From contig CP154954.1 of assembly GCA_039621445.1 (NCBI GenBank), positions 17,328,589-17,392,588 of the forward strand: a DNA stretch of 64,000 nucleotides, read 5' to 3'. The notes under the pieces were generated by a model that had not been told where the DNA came from, did no database searches, and saw nothing but the letters and a program-made list of their open reading frames with translations. Made by a program: the position numbers and the translations under genes. Positions 45,363 to 57,313 of this stretch are shown in pieces. Source of the DNA: Euglena gracilis. Lineage: Eukaryota. The number at the start of each line of letters is the position of its first letter. Position 1 is the first letter of the stretch.

Positions 45363-48300
45363 CTGCTACGAAAAATGGGTTCCCTGTTGCCAGGGCTTGG
45401 GATGAAAATCAAATAAACCGCCATCACTAGCAGACAAAAAAGCACCTCAGTCTCCCAAGTTGTTCAAATGTTCAAATCAAACCCTGTTTGTCACCCACAA
45501 TGAAAACACACCACTTGTCGAAGGTGCATCACCACTGATCCCACACCATGTGTTGCATTTTCAGCAGGACTGGGCTACCATGGTGTTTGGGTTTGCATTT
45601 GGGGGGGGGGGGGCTTAATTAATTTGAGGAACAAAAAAGTACAGTGTCACCCAATCTCTCACAGCACAACCTAAAATTGACCAAAAATTGGCTGGTGGAG
45701 GGAGGTGGAAGTGGAATTACCATTCTGAAGCTGCTTTTTTTTAACCTACCACAGGGGAGCCCCTTCGGGATTTCGGCCTAGCTCAGGAACTTTCCTCAGA
45801 AAACAGGCCATTTTCCTTGAAAACGGGCCTTTTTGAGCCTTCCAGCGCCAAAGGCACCGGAGTGCCAAGTGTCCTACCCTACCAGGCACCCCCCCCCCCC
45901 GGGGTGGGGTCGGCACCCGACTTGAGAGGGCATGGTAGGATAACCGAAAGGGGGGTCTGCAAAAGACAACAGACGGGGGGGGTTGGGGTCACAGGGGGGC
46001 TCGCGGGCGGGGGGGAACAGGTTTTATATCATGGGGGTTGGGGACGCGGGGGACGCGGGGGCACCACCATTCTGGGTACCGTGATCTGGCTCATTGTGGG
46101 AAGTTGGTGATGGATTTTTTGGTGGTCACCAGTGATTAGTCGCCAGCGAATGGTCGCCAGCAACTGTTGGTGACAACAAATTGACCCCCAAATGTGGGTT
46201 TTCAAAGGCATTTGGGTGGGTCGAGCCATTTTCCTCCATGAAACGCATGGTCCTCAATGGTCGGCAGTAACATCTAAATGGGAAGAAATTTTCATCTATA
46301 TTGGCATTGCACACAACCATCCATCTTCCTTGAAGAAGTGTTCCCAACTCCGGGACTCCTCCAGACCCCCAATTAGCCCATTGGAGGCCGCTCGGGGGGG
46401 GTCCGACCCCCCCCTCCCCCCCACCCTGCGCAGCCGCCCGCGCGGCCGCTCGCCCCCCCCCCCTGGACCCCCCCCTCCCCACTGTGCCTAGCATAGCCAA
46501 GAAAAAAAATTTTGTGAAAAAATCGCGAGTTTTTTGAGGCCCAAAAATGACCAAAAGTGACCATTTTCGGACATAAAATGGAAAATTTGGGGGCCGCGCG
46601 TTCTGCGCGCGGCCAAAAAAAGCATTTTTTTTGGGTCAAAAATGCCCAAAAATGGCAAAAAATGACCACTTTTTGGACTCGAAAATCCCCAATTTCAGGA
46701 CGCGTCCTGCCTGCGCGGCCGCCCTAGGACCCCCCTCCCCCCCCCCTCCCCCCCGCCACATCTTCCAATCAGACGAACCCAGATCATCTGTACCGCTCAC
46801 CCCCCCCCCTCAGTCCCCCCCCCTCCCCGCTTTGCCTGGCCTCCATTAGGGGTGGGGGGACAACTGGGTGGGGGAGGGAGTTTTTTCCAGCGAATTTTAA
46901 AATTTTTGAAACGGACGTTTTTGGAGGTTTCCTGAGCCCTTCGCGACCTTGCAGAAATTGGCCAGTCAAAAAGGTCTAAAAATCCCTGTGTGGTTAAGTT
47001 CGGACCTCGACAGGGGGGTTCTGCTGTAGGGTTCTGCTGTTCCCGGTGCCTGGGCTTCCCAACAAAACTTTGTTAGTCCAGACCCCGGACCCCTCAAACT
47101 CGCGGTCAGGTTGAGTTCGCAACTTGACAGGGGGTCCCGCAGGACCCCCACCCCCTGTGCCTGGGCTCCATGGGGGGGGTCGCTCTCCCAACGCCCCGTT
47201 TTTGGCCTGAAACCCATGAACTTTGGGTTGTTTTAAGCCCATGTACCCCCTCCCTGGATTTTGGACAAAGCCCGTGGACCCCTACACAGGACTCAGGACA
47301 AAGCCCGTGTACCCCCCACCAATTTTGATATAGGGTCAAAAACAGCGAAAAAAACCGAAAACTTTTCTGTTGCCCAAAACGGATCTCTTAACATTTCAGG
47401 AATAACTGTAAGTTCCCGTAAATTGCAGGTGCTTAATTTGTAAATCATAAATTATGCGAAATTTGCAATGCTCATATTGGCCGTCCATTACATGCAACTC
47501 TCATAAAGAGTCAGTACTTTTCAAAACCTGGTCAAATAGAGAGGGGGTGAGGGTAACAAATTGTCCTCCACAAGCGATTAACCATTTTTCGATCAACCAT
47601 CCTACCTTTTTCTCCCGCAGAACTTGCCACAAAATCTTTTGTGGTTTGCTTGACTGCGACATTCCTATGAAGTGATTTTTTGTCATTTTTGGAAGCCCGA
47701 ATTGGGTTCAGACTGGAGACGGGGGTCGTCTGAGGGGCGTCGCAGAAGGGGTGTCTCTTTGGAGGTTCGGATGGGGTAAGAATGGCTTTTGATGAGGGGT
47801 GGGGGTGGGTTTGAAAAACTTGCCCCAATGACAAGGCCACACATGACCTTATTCTCGAAATAATCGTCACCTCAGTGGTGTTGAGGTTGTGCTGGGACCA
47901 CAACCACCCTGGAGACTGCGAAGTTTTGGATGTGAGACGAATGAATCGTCGATGTACTTTTGCTCCTCCGCCAAAGTTCCAGCCATGAATGAGCCGCATG
48001 CCATCATCATCCAATTCATCAAAAGGTGGCGACAGCGAAAGAGAAGCGGAATGCGAAGAACTTGAAACAAGAATGAATGCAAAGGAAACCAAAAAGCACA
48101 AGCACATCACTGCTCCTGTGGGAAAAAAATTGATGAACATGAGCGGATAGGACTGTTTTAACCAGACCGTGTCCAGTACAGGGATATGTCTGTATGAATA
48201 TGAATGATGAACATGTGGTGATGAAAAATTTGAACGGGCGTCGCGGAACACAAGTAAGCAACACCAAAATGCGGACCAGGTATTCCTAATTCATGGTTGT

Positions 48301-49119
48301 CACGTAGAACCCCACTGAGTCCGCAAGGGACGACGTGGAATGTACATTTCAAATGTGCGCCGGAGCACCATGTACATGAGCGTTGCACGCGGGTTATATA
48401 TTTCGCACTTGGCCTTCTGCCACTTGGCACTCAGAAGAAAGATTTTGGAATCAAAAAAGGTTGTCTGCCGACTCGAACCGAGCGTGCCGAACCGTGATTT
48501 CAGGCGACTTGCTGGACAGTGTGACCTTGACAAGGAGTGGACGGCAATTGTTTTGTGAAACTGAATGAGGAATTTCGACTTTGCAGTCTCGACATCACAC
48601 ATCTGGGTCAGATTGCTCCTCAGATCGCCTCCCTCTGGGTTAAATAAACCTTAACAGGCTTTTGATTGATACCCCTGACGATATGACTTGGTGAGGACAG
48701 TGGGCTTTTTTTTTGGTGCCGACCCCGGGGCAGCAAAGCATAGCACCCCTGCCGACCGTCCCCGGGGGGTGGGTTTCGGGGGTGGGTTGGGCAGCCACCC
48801 CTGTCCAGCGACCACTCCCATTTTCTTTACCCTTTTGGAAAGGGTAAAGAACCACTCGACCTTGGGTACCCTGGCAGGCACCCTTTAGCACCCCCACCCC
48901 CCCCCCTCACCCACCACCCCGGCTGTTTGGCCGATTCCCGTTCTGCCCTGCCCCCCCCCCCCCGGGGGGGGGCGCAGACAAAATACGTGAAATCTGTGAA
49001 AATGCTGTGGTGGGTGGGTGGGTGGGGGGGGGTCGCCCCACCTCCAGTGGGGGGGGGGTCAACCACTCACCCCACCAGGCCTTCCCATTCTGCCCTGCCG
49101 GGAGGCGGTTAAAAATGCA

Positions 49120-51717
49120 CTGTTTCTGGTGCCCGACATTACCCGCCCCCCAAACAACCTGTCGGGGCTGCTCCTGGCAGTGGGAATGACTTGGCGATCA
49201 GGGCACTTTTTGTCTAGGATTCTTGGAACAAAGAGAGAAAAGGGATTTTTTTTTTGGTTGGTTCCAGCCGCTCTCATTCCCGTCAAACTCCGGACCGACA
49301 CAACCAAACCAACACAAAAATGGATGTTGGGGAGGTGCAAATTTCTACACATATTTCGTGGATATTCCCCTTTACTCAGCCTGAGAAAGAGAGATATCCA
49401 CAAAATATCTACAATAGTGAATTAGGGGTCCGATCGCCTGCCCTGTATTTCGCTGGGATGCATCACGCAAGGAAAACGCACAAGTTTTTGGTTTTTTAGG
49501 GGGTCTCCCACATTCTGATGCGAAAACTGTGCCAGAACGCCGGTTTGGGCGTGAAGCCGTGGCTCAGAACGCCGGTTTGGGCCGCCCGAACCGGCGTTCT
49601 GGACACATTTGTTGAAACCGTGGATTTGGGGCTCTGGCTTCACACCCAAACCAGCGTTCAAGGAATCAGGGCCAATTTCGCCCTAAATACCCATTTTTGG
49701 GGCATTTTTGAGCTCCCCCCCCCCCGGCCCCCCCCCCTGGGGGGGTCCTCAAGGAATCCCCTGGCGGGGCAATCATCCGGGTAATCCAGGAGGGATGTGT
49801 CCCACTCTTACCGTGCTCCCCCACAGGCCTCAACCCTGCTGCCCTCCCCACGATGATGCACCCCATCAGCCCCCTGCGCTTCATGCTGGGCGTGATGACC
49901 GTCGGTCCCCTCTCCTTCATGGGCCTCGTCTGCGGGCTGTACAACGCCGAGGAGGCGTACCACACCCCGGCCTGGCGCCAGAGCCGCCGCGTCGTGCACA
50001 GGGCAGGGTCCCCCCTCTCGTGTATCCCCAGTGCCGTGCTCAGCAGAACTTTGAGGCTCGTGGCAGCCAGGGTTTATCTATATCTATATCTACATACCCT
50101 CACCCCCCCCTCAAAGTGGCCACCCTCCAAACACCGTGGGATCCCAAAATTTTCTCTTTTTTCTTTTGTTGGACTTTGCCAAATTCCGACGATCGCGAGC
50201 GCATCTCTGGCTGTGTTAATTGTTCAGGTGCAAACTCACCCCTCAATCGCTTATCATCAGACGACTGGTGATCACCACCAAATTCAGCCATGCTGCACAG
50301 TACTCCACCCCCCCCCTTTATCCCCTTTATTGTTCCATCGACCTGCCCCCGGGAGGCCTATCGGACAATAAGGGGGGGGGGCAAAAAGACCGTACACCCC
50401 CCCCCCCCTTTATTGTCCCCCCCCTTTATTGTCCCTGGGCCCCGGCCGACGGGGGTTTTTTTTGGCCCGGCCAATGAAATTCCTTTGGTACCCCTTTATT
50501 GTCCCCCCCCCTTTATTGTGCGGTCGGGCCTCCTGGGGGCAGGTCGGTGGGACAGTAAAAGGGGCGGGGGTCGCAGTTGGACGGGCCAAAAAACCCCCCG
50601 TCGGACGGGGCCTAGGGACAAGAAGGGGGGGGGGGATTAAGGGGGGGGGGGTGGTATTTCCTGTCACAGGCAAAAGCCTAATTTGACCCGGACCCGGAAC
50701 GGAAGGTCGTCGATTTGAAGAGAAAACTTTCTGGGGGTGGTTCGGGACGCGGGGGGGGGGGGGGAGGGACGCGGGGGGGGGGGGGACTGTGGCCCAACCA
50801 CCCCCACACATTTTCTTGGGCATCACCCAAATTTGTATGGATTTTTCCTTTGGTCAACCAAAAAATGTGCCCGGCCAAAATCCGGGACGCGGGGGGGACG
50901 CGGGGGGAACACCCCCTCTGTATGGTTCATTCCAAGGTTGGTTTTTTTTAATCTCTGGAGCATTCATTTTTTTTGCTTTTTTTTGGGTTAAAAACGTGTT
51001 CAGCCCGCCAAATGCCTGCCCTGAAATTTGTGGTCATGAACACGTTTTCCATTAGGGCATCTGTGGCAATGACACGTTTTCCATTTAGGCATCTGTGGCA
51101 ATTAAAAAAAAATCGCTGTCATGAAAATGTGGCGAGAGGTTGAGAGGCCGGGTGGTCCTCAAGGGGGGCACTCTACAACACAAGAAACGGCCAGAGGTTG
51201 CCTTTGAGCAATACAACAGGGAGTGTTAGACGTCATGGAAGACAACATGCTTCACACAAAAAAGAGCCATATTTTGGTGGCCGCCGCAAATCTTGGCATG
51301 AGAATGGTATGCCAAACTGCAGCCGTCACACACCACTTTCCTCAGCTCCACACAATTTGGATTTTTGGGAAGAAGAAGGAAGAAGAGGAGGGGCAGTGGG
51401 ACTCTGGCGGCAAGCCATCGAGGAAGCGGAGACCACCGCCAGGATCCGCACCAATGAAACCCACCTGGCAGCCGCCCCCATCGCTATGTGCAGGGTGTTA
51501 AGTGAGCTGTGGTTTTGCGGGGGGGGGGGACTGAGGGGGGGGGGTTAGGGACATTAAAAAAAACTTGGTGAATGTTGTGACCAATTCTTCAAAAAAAGCT
51601 CGCAAAAACGCCTTTCTTCGTCGCAAAAAAATTCTGGCACTTTCTTCCACTTTCTTTTCTTTTTTTGCGCAGGGGGAGAGGGGCATAGACCCCTCATTTA
51701 ATACCCTGGCCATGTGA
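49120..51717 (+). CDS. Gene C: putative membrane protein (exons ~49120-49195, 49769-49780, 49827-50000, ~51391-51487, stop at 51715-51717)
   Basis: LSGLLLAVGMTW|RNHPG|LNPAALPTMMHPISPLRFMLGVMTVGPLSFMGLVCGLYNAEEAYHTPAWRQSRRVVHR..WRQAIEEAETTARIRTNETHLAAAPIAM*; strong GC3 bias; hydrophobic segments. Confidence 0.6.
51488..51713 (+). other. Probable nonconventional intron = MITE 51491-51708 plus one 8-bp TSD
   Basis: TIR CAGGGTGTTAAGTGAG/CTCATTTAATACCCTG; flanks GCTATGTG/GCCATGTG. Confidence 0.65.
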
Positions 51718-52044
51718 GGCAGGCATGGCCCCCATCCAAGGTATCTCCACAGCTGTGCTGGGATTCTCTCAATCCAAGCTCCAAGCTTTTGTTTGTGCTT
51801 AAATTGTCCAGACATTGTCTTCTTCGATGGCTTTCAGTGATTTGGTACCAGCGTTTACCAAATTATCCTGTTATTGTTTTTATCCTGTTATTTAAATGCA
51901 TACAGGGGGCAGGTGGCAACCTCGAGCATTGTTTGCTTGTTTATTAAATGTCTACAGCAATTTCCTGCCCCCGCCCCCACGTCCAGCTATTGCTTTCAAA
52001 AACAGCCCAGTTGTGTATGTATGTATGTATGTATGCATGTATGT

Positions 52045-52582
52045 ACCCCCCCCCCTTATTGTCCCACCGACCTCCCCCCGGGGGGCCCGACCAGGCAATT
52101 GCTTAAGCACTGACCAACCCCCCCCCCCCGGGGGGGGTGGGTGACTGGTTTTTTCAAAGTGACTGACTGGTTTTTGGCCCGGACCCCTCCCCCCCCCCCG
52201 AAGGGGTCGGCCAGGAGTGGGCAAAGTGGCTTGAGTGACCCCGGCGCCGAAGGCGCCGGGAAAATTTTTTGGGCCTAAAATGGCCAAAAGTGACTGGAAA
52301 GTGGCCGTTTTTCTGAGTGGCCGACCCCCCCCCCCCCCCAGGGGGGGGGGGACTGGCTTGTTTTTTGAAAATGAGTGACTGACTGGTTTTTAAAAAAGTG
52401 GAGTGACCCCCTTCCCCCCCCCCCCCCCGGGGGTCGGTAAGCAATTGTATAGGCCCGACCGGACAATATGGGGGGGGACATATGTGGGGGTACCAAAGGA
52501 ATTTCATTGGCCGAGCCAAAAAAAACCCCCTGTCGGCCGGGGCCGAGGGACAATATGGGGGGGGGGGGACAATATGGGGGGG
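52045..52582. mobile_element. C-run/G-run-ended MITE inserted in a (TATG)n microsatellite
   Basis: (TATG)n TA|C-run-TTATTGTCC ... GGACAATAT-G-run|TA (TATG)n; related sequence at ~50300-50640. Confidence 0.65.
52092..52451. mobile_element. hAT-like MITE, 360 bp, perfect 8-bp TSD
   Basis: GGCCCGAC|CAGGCAATTGCTTA ... TAAGCAATTGTATA|GGCCCGAC. Confidence 0.9.
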
Positions 52583-53199
52583 TATGCATGTATGTATGTA
52601 TGTATGTATGTATGTATGTATGTATGTATGTATGTATGCATGTATGTATGTAATTGTGCAAGTGCAAACTCGTGGTGCCAATCTTAAGCCAATCCCGGTT
52701 CCAGCCAGCCAGCCAGTTCCTTTTTCTTGCTTTTTTTCCCGACCAGCAGCCCCCAGCCTGGTTGCGGGCCCTGGCTGTTGTCCACATGTCCCCCCCATTG
52801 GCGCAGGCTGATGAAATGGGCGGGTACCAAAGCTGGAATGGCACTTTTCTCAGCAATGAATGAAGGCAGCCGCTTCCCAAATTATAAACCTTTTGGGGAA
52901 TTTGGACCAAAAGATCGTTGGTCTGGGCCCCGGGCGGATGATTGGCTATGACGATCCCGGAGGTCGTACCGACCATGGTCGGCCCGACCTATGGTCGGCC
53001 CGACCTTGCCGTTATCGACCACTGGAGGTCGGGCCGACCAGGTCTGCCCGACCTCCAATCAACCGCATTACCCCCCCCCTTTTTTGAAATTTAAGCCCCC
53101 CCTCAAATTTTTATTCTCTTAATTTGGCTGAAAATGCATAAAAACACATTGGAATGACCTCCAAACCGGCAAAAAAACGTCCCATTTTTGAAAAATTCG

Positions 53200-53550
53200 A
53201 TTAGAGTTAGCGTCAGGGATACAGTTATGGTTAGGGTTTAGGGTTAGGGTTAGGGATACGGTTAGGGTCAGGGTTAGAGTTAGGGTTAGGGATACGGTTA
53301 GGGTTAGGGTCAGGGCTAGGGTTAGAGTTCGGGTTAGGGGTAGAGTTAGGGTTAGGGCTAGGGTTAGAGTTAGGGTTAGGGATACGGTTAGGGCTGGGGA
53401 TTAGGGTTAGGGTTAGGGATACGGTTAGGGTTAGGGTCAGGGTTAGAGTTAGGGTTAGGGATACGGTTAGGGTTAGGGTCAGGGCTAGGGTTAGATTCAG
53501 TGATACGGTTAGGGCTGGGGATTAGGGTTAGGGTTAGGGATACAGTTAGG
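53200..53550 (+). repeat. Interstitial telomere-like (TTAGGG)n array with variant units
   Basis: TTAGGG interspersed with TCAGGG, CTAGGG, TTAGAG and ATACGG, mostly in hexamer phase. Confidence 0.95.
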
Positions 53551-54000
53551 TTATTTTGGGTGGGGGGTGTAGGCCGACTAAGTTAGCACAAAGGGAGTTT
53601 GTTGGGGGGCGCGTTTTGGCCATCCTTGCCTTGCACACACAAAAGGATTTTGTTAGGATGCGCGTTTTGCCCACCCTTGCCTTGCACACACAAGGGGATA
53701 TTGTTATTTTGGGCGGGGGGGGGGTCCGGGGGGGGCGGCAGCCCCCCCCCGGAGGAGGCCGTAGGCCGACTAAGTTAGCACAAAGGGAGTTTGTTGGGGG
53801 GCGCGTTTTGGCCATCCTTGCCTTGCACACACAAAAGGATTTTGTTAGGATGCGCGTTTTGTCCACCCCTGCCTTGCACACACAAGGGGATATTGTTATT
53901 TTGGGCGGGGGGGGTCCGGGGGGGGGGGGGGGGGGGGGGCGGCAGCAGCCCCCCTCCTCCGGCAGCCCCCCCCGGAGGAGGCCGCAGGCCGACTAAGTTC
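53550..54000. repeat. Tandem duplication of a ~190-230 bp unit inside the fold-back element
   Basis: AGGCCGACTAAGTT recurs at ~53571, ~53763 and ~53986. Confidence 0.85.
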
Positions 54001-55496
54001 ATTAGGGTCTCTTTCTTTAACATAGGACGTTTTGTTGCCAGTTTCAAGCTCATTCTAATGTTTTTCCATGCATTTTGAGTCAAATTTTACTGAATACTGC
54101 TTCAAGTTTCCGGGGGGGGGGGGGCTTAAAAATCAAAAAGGGGGGGGGTAATGCGGATGATTGGAGGTCGGGCCGACCAGGTCGGCCCGACCTCCAATGG
54201 TCGATAGGCCATAGCCAACGGTCGGCCCGACCTAGGTCAGCCCGACCATGGTCGGTACGACCTCCGGGATCGTCGTAGCCAATCATCCGCACGGAGCCGT
54301 TGGTCTGTGATCATCCATCATTTTAACGTGACCCCCCCCCTTATTGGCCAGAGCCTCATTTCAAAAGGAAAATGCCTTATGACGGGGGTTTTTCGGGGGT
54401 TCGCGACTTTGAAGGCCGGTCCCAGGTGGCCAATTTGGCAATTTGACAACCCTGCCCCTAATTGGCCAGAAGGCGGGATCCAGTCCAGGGGGTTTCTTAA
54501 GCCGGAGGGGACCCAGCCAGCCAGCACCTTTTTTCCAGCCAGCAACTCCCAGCCGGGCTGCGGACCCCGGGGCGGGGCGGTCCACTGAAATCAGGGATCC
54601 TCACACGTCCTGAAAGGGAAAATTCACAGAGGATCACGGAAACGGACGGAAGGCCATTTTCACGGAAATCACGGAAATCCACGGATGAGGCGGAGGGTTT
54701 GGGAAAAATTTTGGGCTCTTTTTTTGAATGTGCTTTGTTTGTGCAGATACATTTTTCTTTATCTTGATTATTCTTTGATTCTTTGCACTTTTTTTTTGTG
54801 GGGAAGAGGAAAATTTTTTTAACACTGCCATCCAGCCCCCCCCCCCCCCCCGAGGGGCAGATTGCTATCAATGCATTGAATGCATTTTGGGTTCCTGTTG
54901 TGTGTACCAGCACCTGGAGCATTCCAAGGATCCCAGCCCCCCAGGACTGGCACCTTAGTTGCAGGTGCAGTCACTGACTTGTATCGTGTCGACTCGTATT
55001 TTTTGTGGCGTTGTGGGAAAAGCAATGCCACACCAGGGCGTAGACTGGTGGGGAGTATTTTCTCTGCATTTTCTATGTTCTGGGGTGGTGTGCTATGTGA
55101 TCTTTCTCTTGAACATTTTTTTAATGCAGGAGAATGTTTCTGATGAGGAATTTCTTTAAGTTTCGGGTGTGTTTTTCTTGCAATCACCAAACCGCCTTTT
55201 TTTTGCTTTTTTGGGGTGGAAGTTGAGCAAAAAGTTGCAGTAAATTCTTTCACGCTTTCTTTGGAAGAAACTCATGGGGATTTGCTGTGGAGACATCTCG
55301 CATTTAAATGTTTTGGTCGGTGTGAGCAAATGCGCACATGGATTATACAATCACTTAGTCACTGCCCCCCCTGACTGGTTTTTGGCCCGGACCCCATCCC
55401 CCCAGCCGAAGGCGCCAGAATTTTTTTTGGCTTTTTTCCATGTTTTTGGTCAAATTTCCTTTGGATTCCAAAGTGGCCGACCCCCTGTGGGGGTGC

Positions 55497-56458
55497 CAGA
55501 CGGTAGACTGGGGGGGGGGGTCCTGGGTGGTCGGCCTACTAGTCGGCCGACCACCCAACTGGTGGGCCGACTAGGCCTGGGCGGCAGCTAGCCGGCGAGA
55601 CGGGGGTGGGGGGGGGTAGTGGGTGGTCGGCGGATTAGTCGGCCGACCACCCACTCTAATGTAGTTACGGGCCAGTCTCGCCGACTTTTAAGCCCCCCCT
55701 GAGAAAAAACTTTTGTCCAAATCACCTCAACACCAGTCAAAACCCACCCAAATGGCTCCAGAACCCCCCAATCGGGGGTGAATATGCAAAAAAAAATTTG
55801 GGGGAAAATGTCCATTTTGGGCCACTTTTGGCAAAAGAACACCTCTCCCCGTTGTGCGGGGGGGGGGGGGGGCCCCCCCCCCCCCCCCGCCTATGCCAAA
55901 GTGAGCCACAAAAAGACTTAGCCCCCGAGTATGATGCCAACACAGAAGAGATTTTGTTATCTGAGGCTCGGATGGGGGTGGAGGGGGGAGTTTTCAGCCT
56001 GTCGTGATGCAGAATGCTTGCATTTCTAAAGGATTTTCATGTAACCCCTGTTTCGTCATTGGTTTTTACCCCTCCGGACCCCATCAAGGGCCCACCGACC
56101 CCCCACCGACCAAAGATTTCCATCTGAGGGTGTTCCTGTTGGTGTAAGGCACTTATTTGGACCCAGGACCGTTTCCGGGTGGTTTGGACCCGCCACAGAC
56201 CATTTTTATGACCACCGACTAGCCACCGACTAGTTTGCATACAATTTTCTTCATAAAAAGTCGGCGAGACTTTTATGAAGTCTCGTAAAAGTCGTAACTA
56301 ACTACATTAGAGTGGGTGGTCGGCCGACTAATCCGCCGACCACCCACTACCCCCCCCCCCCGCCCCCCCCCGCCCCCCCCCCCCCGTCTCGCCGACTAGC
56401 TGCCGACCAGGCCTAGTCGGCCGACCACCCAGGACCCCCCCCCCCAGTCTACCGCCTA
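55497..56458. mobile_element. Fold-back element with ~170-190 bp TIRs rich in GTCGGCCGAC palindromes
   Basis: CAGACGGTAGACTG..GTCCTGGGTGGTCGGCC vs GGCCGACCACCCAGGAC..CAGTCTACCGCCTA; no TSD recognised. Confidence 0.7.
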
Positions 56459-56951
56459 GAGCCCGACCCCCCCCCCCCTAGGGGGCAGGGCCTGGCTGGT
56501 TCCCCCCCCCCAAAGTGATTGACTGGTTTTTCTAAGATTGGGGACAGGGGGGGGAGGACCCCCCCTCCCCCCGGGGGGGCCGGTGAAAAATTGTATGATA
56601 TGGACCTCTGCACAAATTTGTGTCATATTGGGTATACGCATTCGGTCCATTAAAAGCGGCAGTGTTCCAGAAAGGTTTGTTTTTATGTCGCAATCATTGT
56701 CTACCCCCCTTGGATTGCCCGTCCAAACTCGGGGGGGATCTGGCACGGGGGGTGCCCTGTCCTTGACCAAAATGGCTAACTTGGGGGGGGGTGTAAACTT
56801 TTTCTCAGGGCCGGAAGGCCAATTTGGGGGGGGGTAAATTTTTTCTTGACCATTTTTGTATGGTTATTTTCCGAATTTTTCCGAATGCCCAATTTGGCCC
56901 GGGTATTTTACAAAACCCAAAAATCAGCCTTGTGCTTAGTCGGGTGCCAAC

Positions 56952-57313
56952 CAGGCAATTGCTTAAGCACTGACCGACCCCACCCCCCGGGGGGGGGGGG
57001 GGTGACTGGTTTTTTCAGAGTGAGTGACTGGTTTTTGGCCCGGACCCCCTCCCCCCCCCCGGGGGGGGGTCGGCCAGGAGTGGGCAAAAGTGGCTTGAGT
57101 GACCCCGGCGCCGAAGGCGCCGGGAAAATTTTTTTGGCCTAAAATGGCCCAGAGTGACTGGAAAGTGGCCGTTTTTCTGAGTGGCCGACCCCCCCCCGGG
57201 GGGGGGTAGTGACTGGCTGGTTTTTTGAAAATGAGTGACTGACTGGTTTTTAAAAAAGTGGAGTGACCCCCCCTCCCCCCCCCCCCCCCCCGGGGGCGGT
57301 AAGCAATTGTATG
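56952..57313. mobile_element. hAT-like MITE, second copy of the 52092-52451 family, perfect 8-bp TSD
   Basis: GTGCCAAC|CAGGCAATTGCTTA ... TAAGCAATTGTATG|GTGCCAAC. Confidence 0.9.

Larger units (their letters stand above)
52926..54298. mobile_element. Mutator-like fold-back element, ~270-bp TIRs, perfect 9-bp TSD
   Basis: GTTGGTCTG|GGCCCCGGGCGGATGATTGGCTA ... TAGCCAATCATCCGCACGGAGCC|GTTGGTCTG. Confidence 0.85.

Noticed and set aside
46060-46345. Exon candidates
   Set aside because: Plausible peptides exist on both strands and could not be assigned to gene B or gene C.
47530-48600. Possible gene or transposase relic
   Set aside because: Frames are broken by stops, and I recognise no motif or exon-like codon bias.
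53200-53550. True chromosome end
   Set aside because: The array is degenerate, internal and enclosed by TIRs with a TSD.
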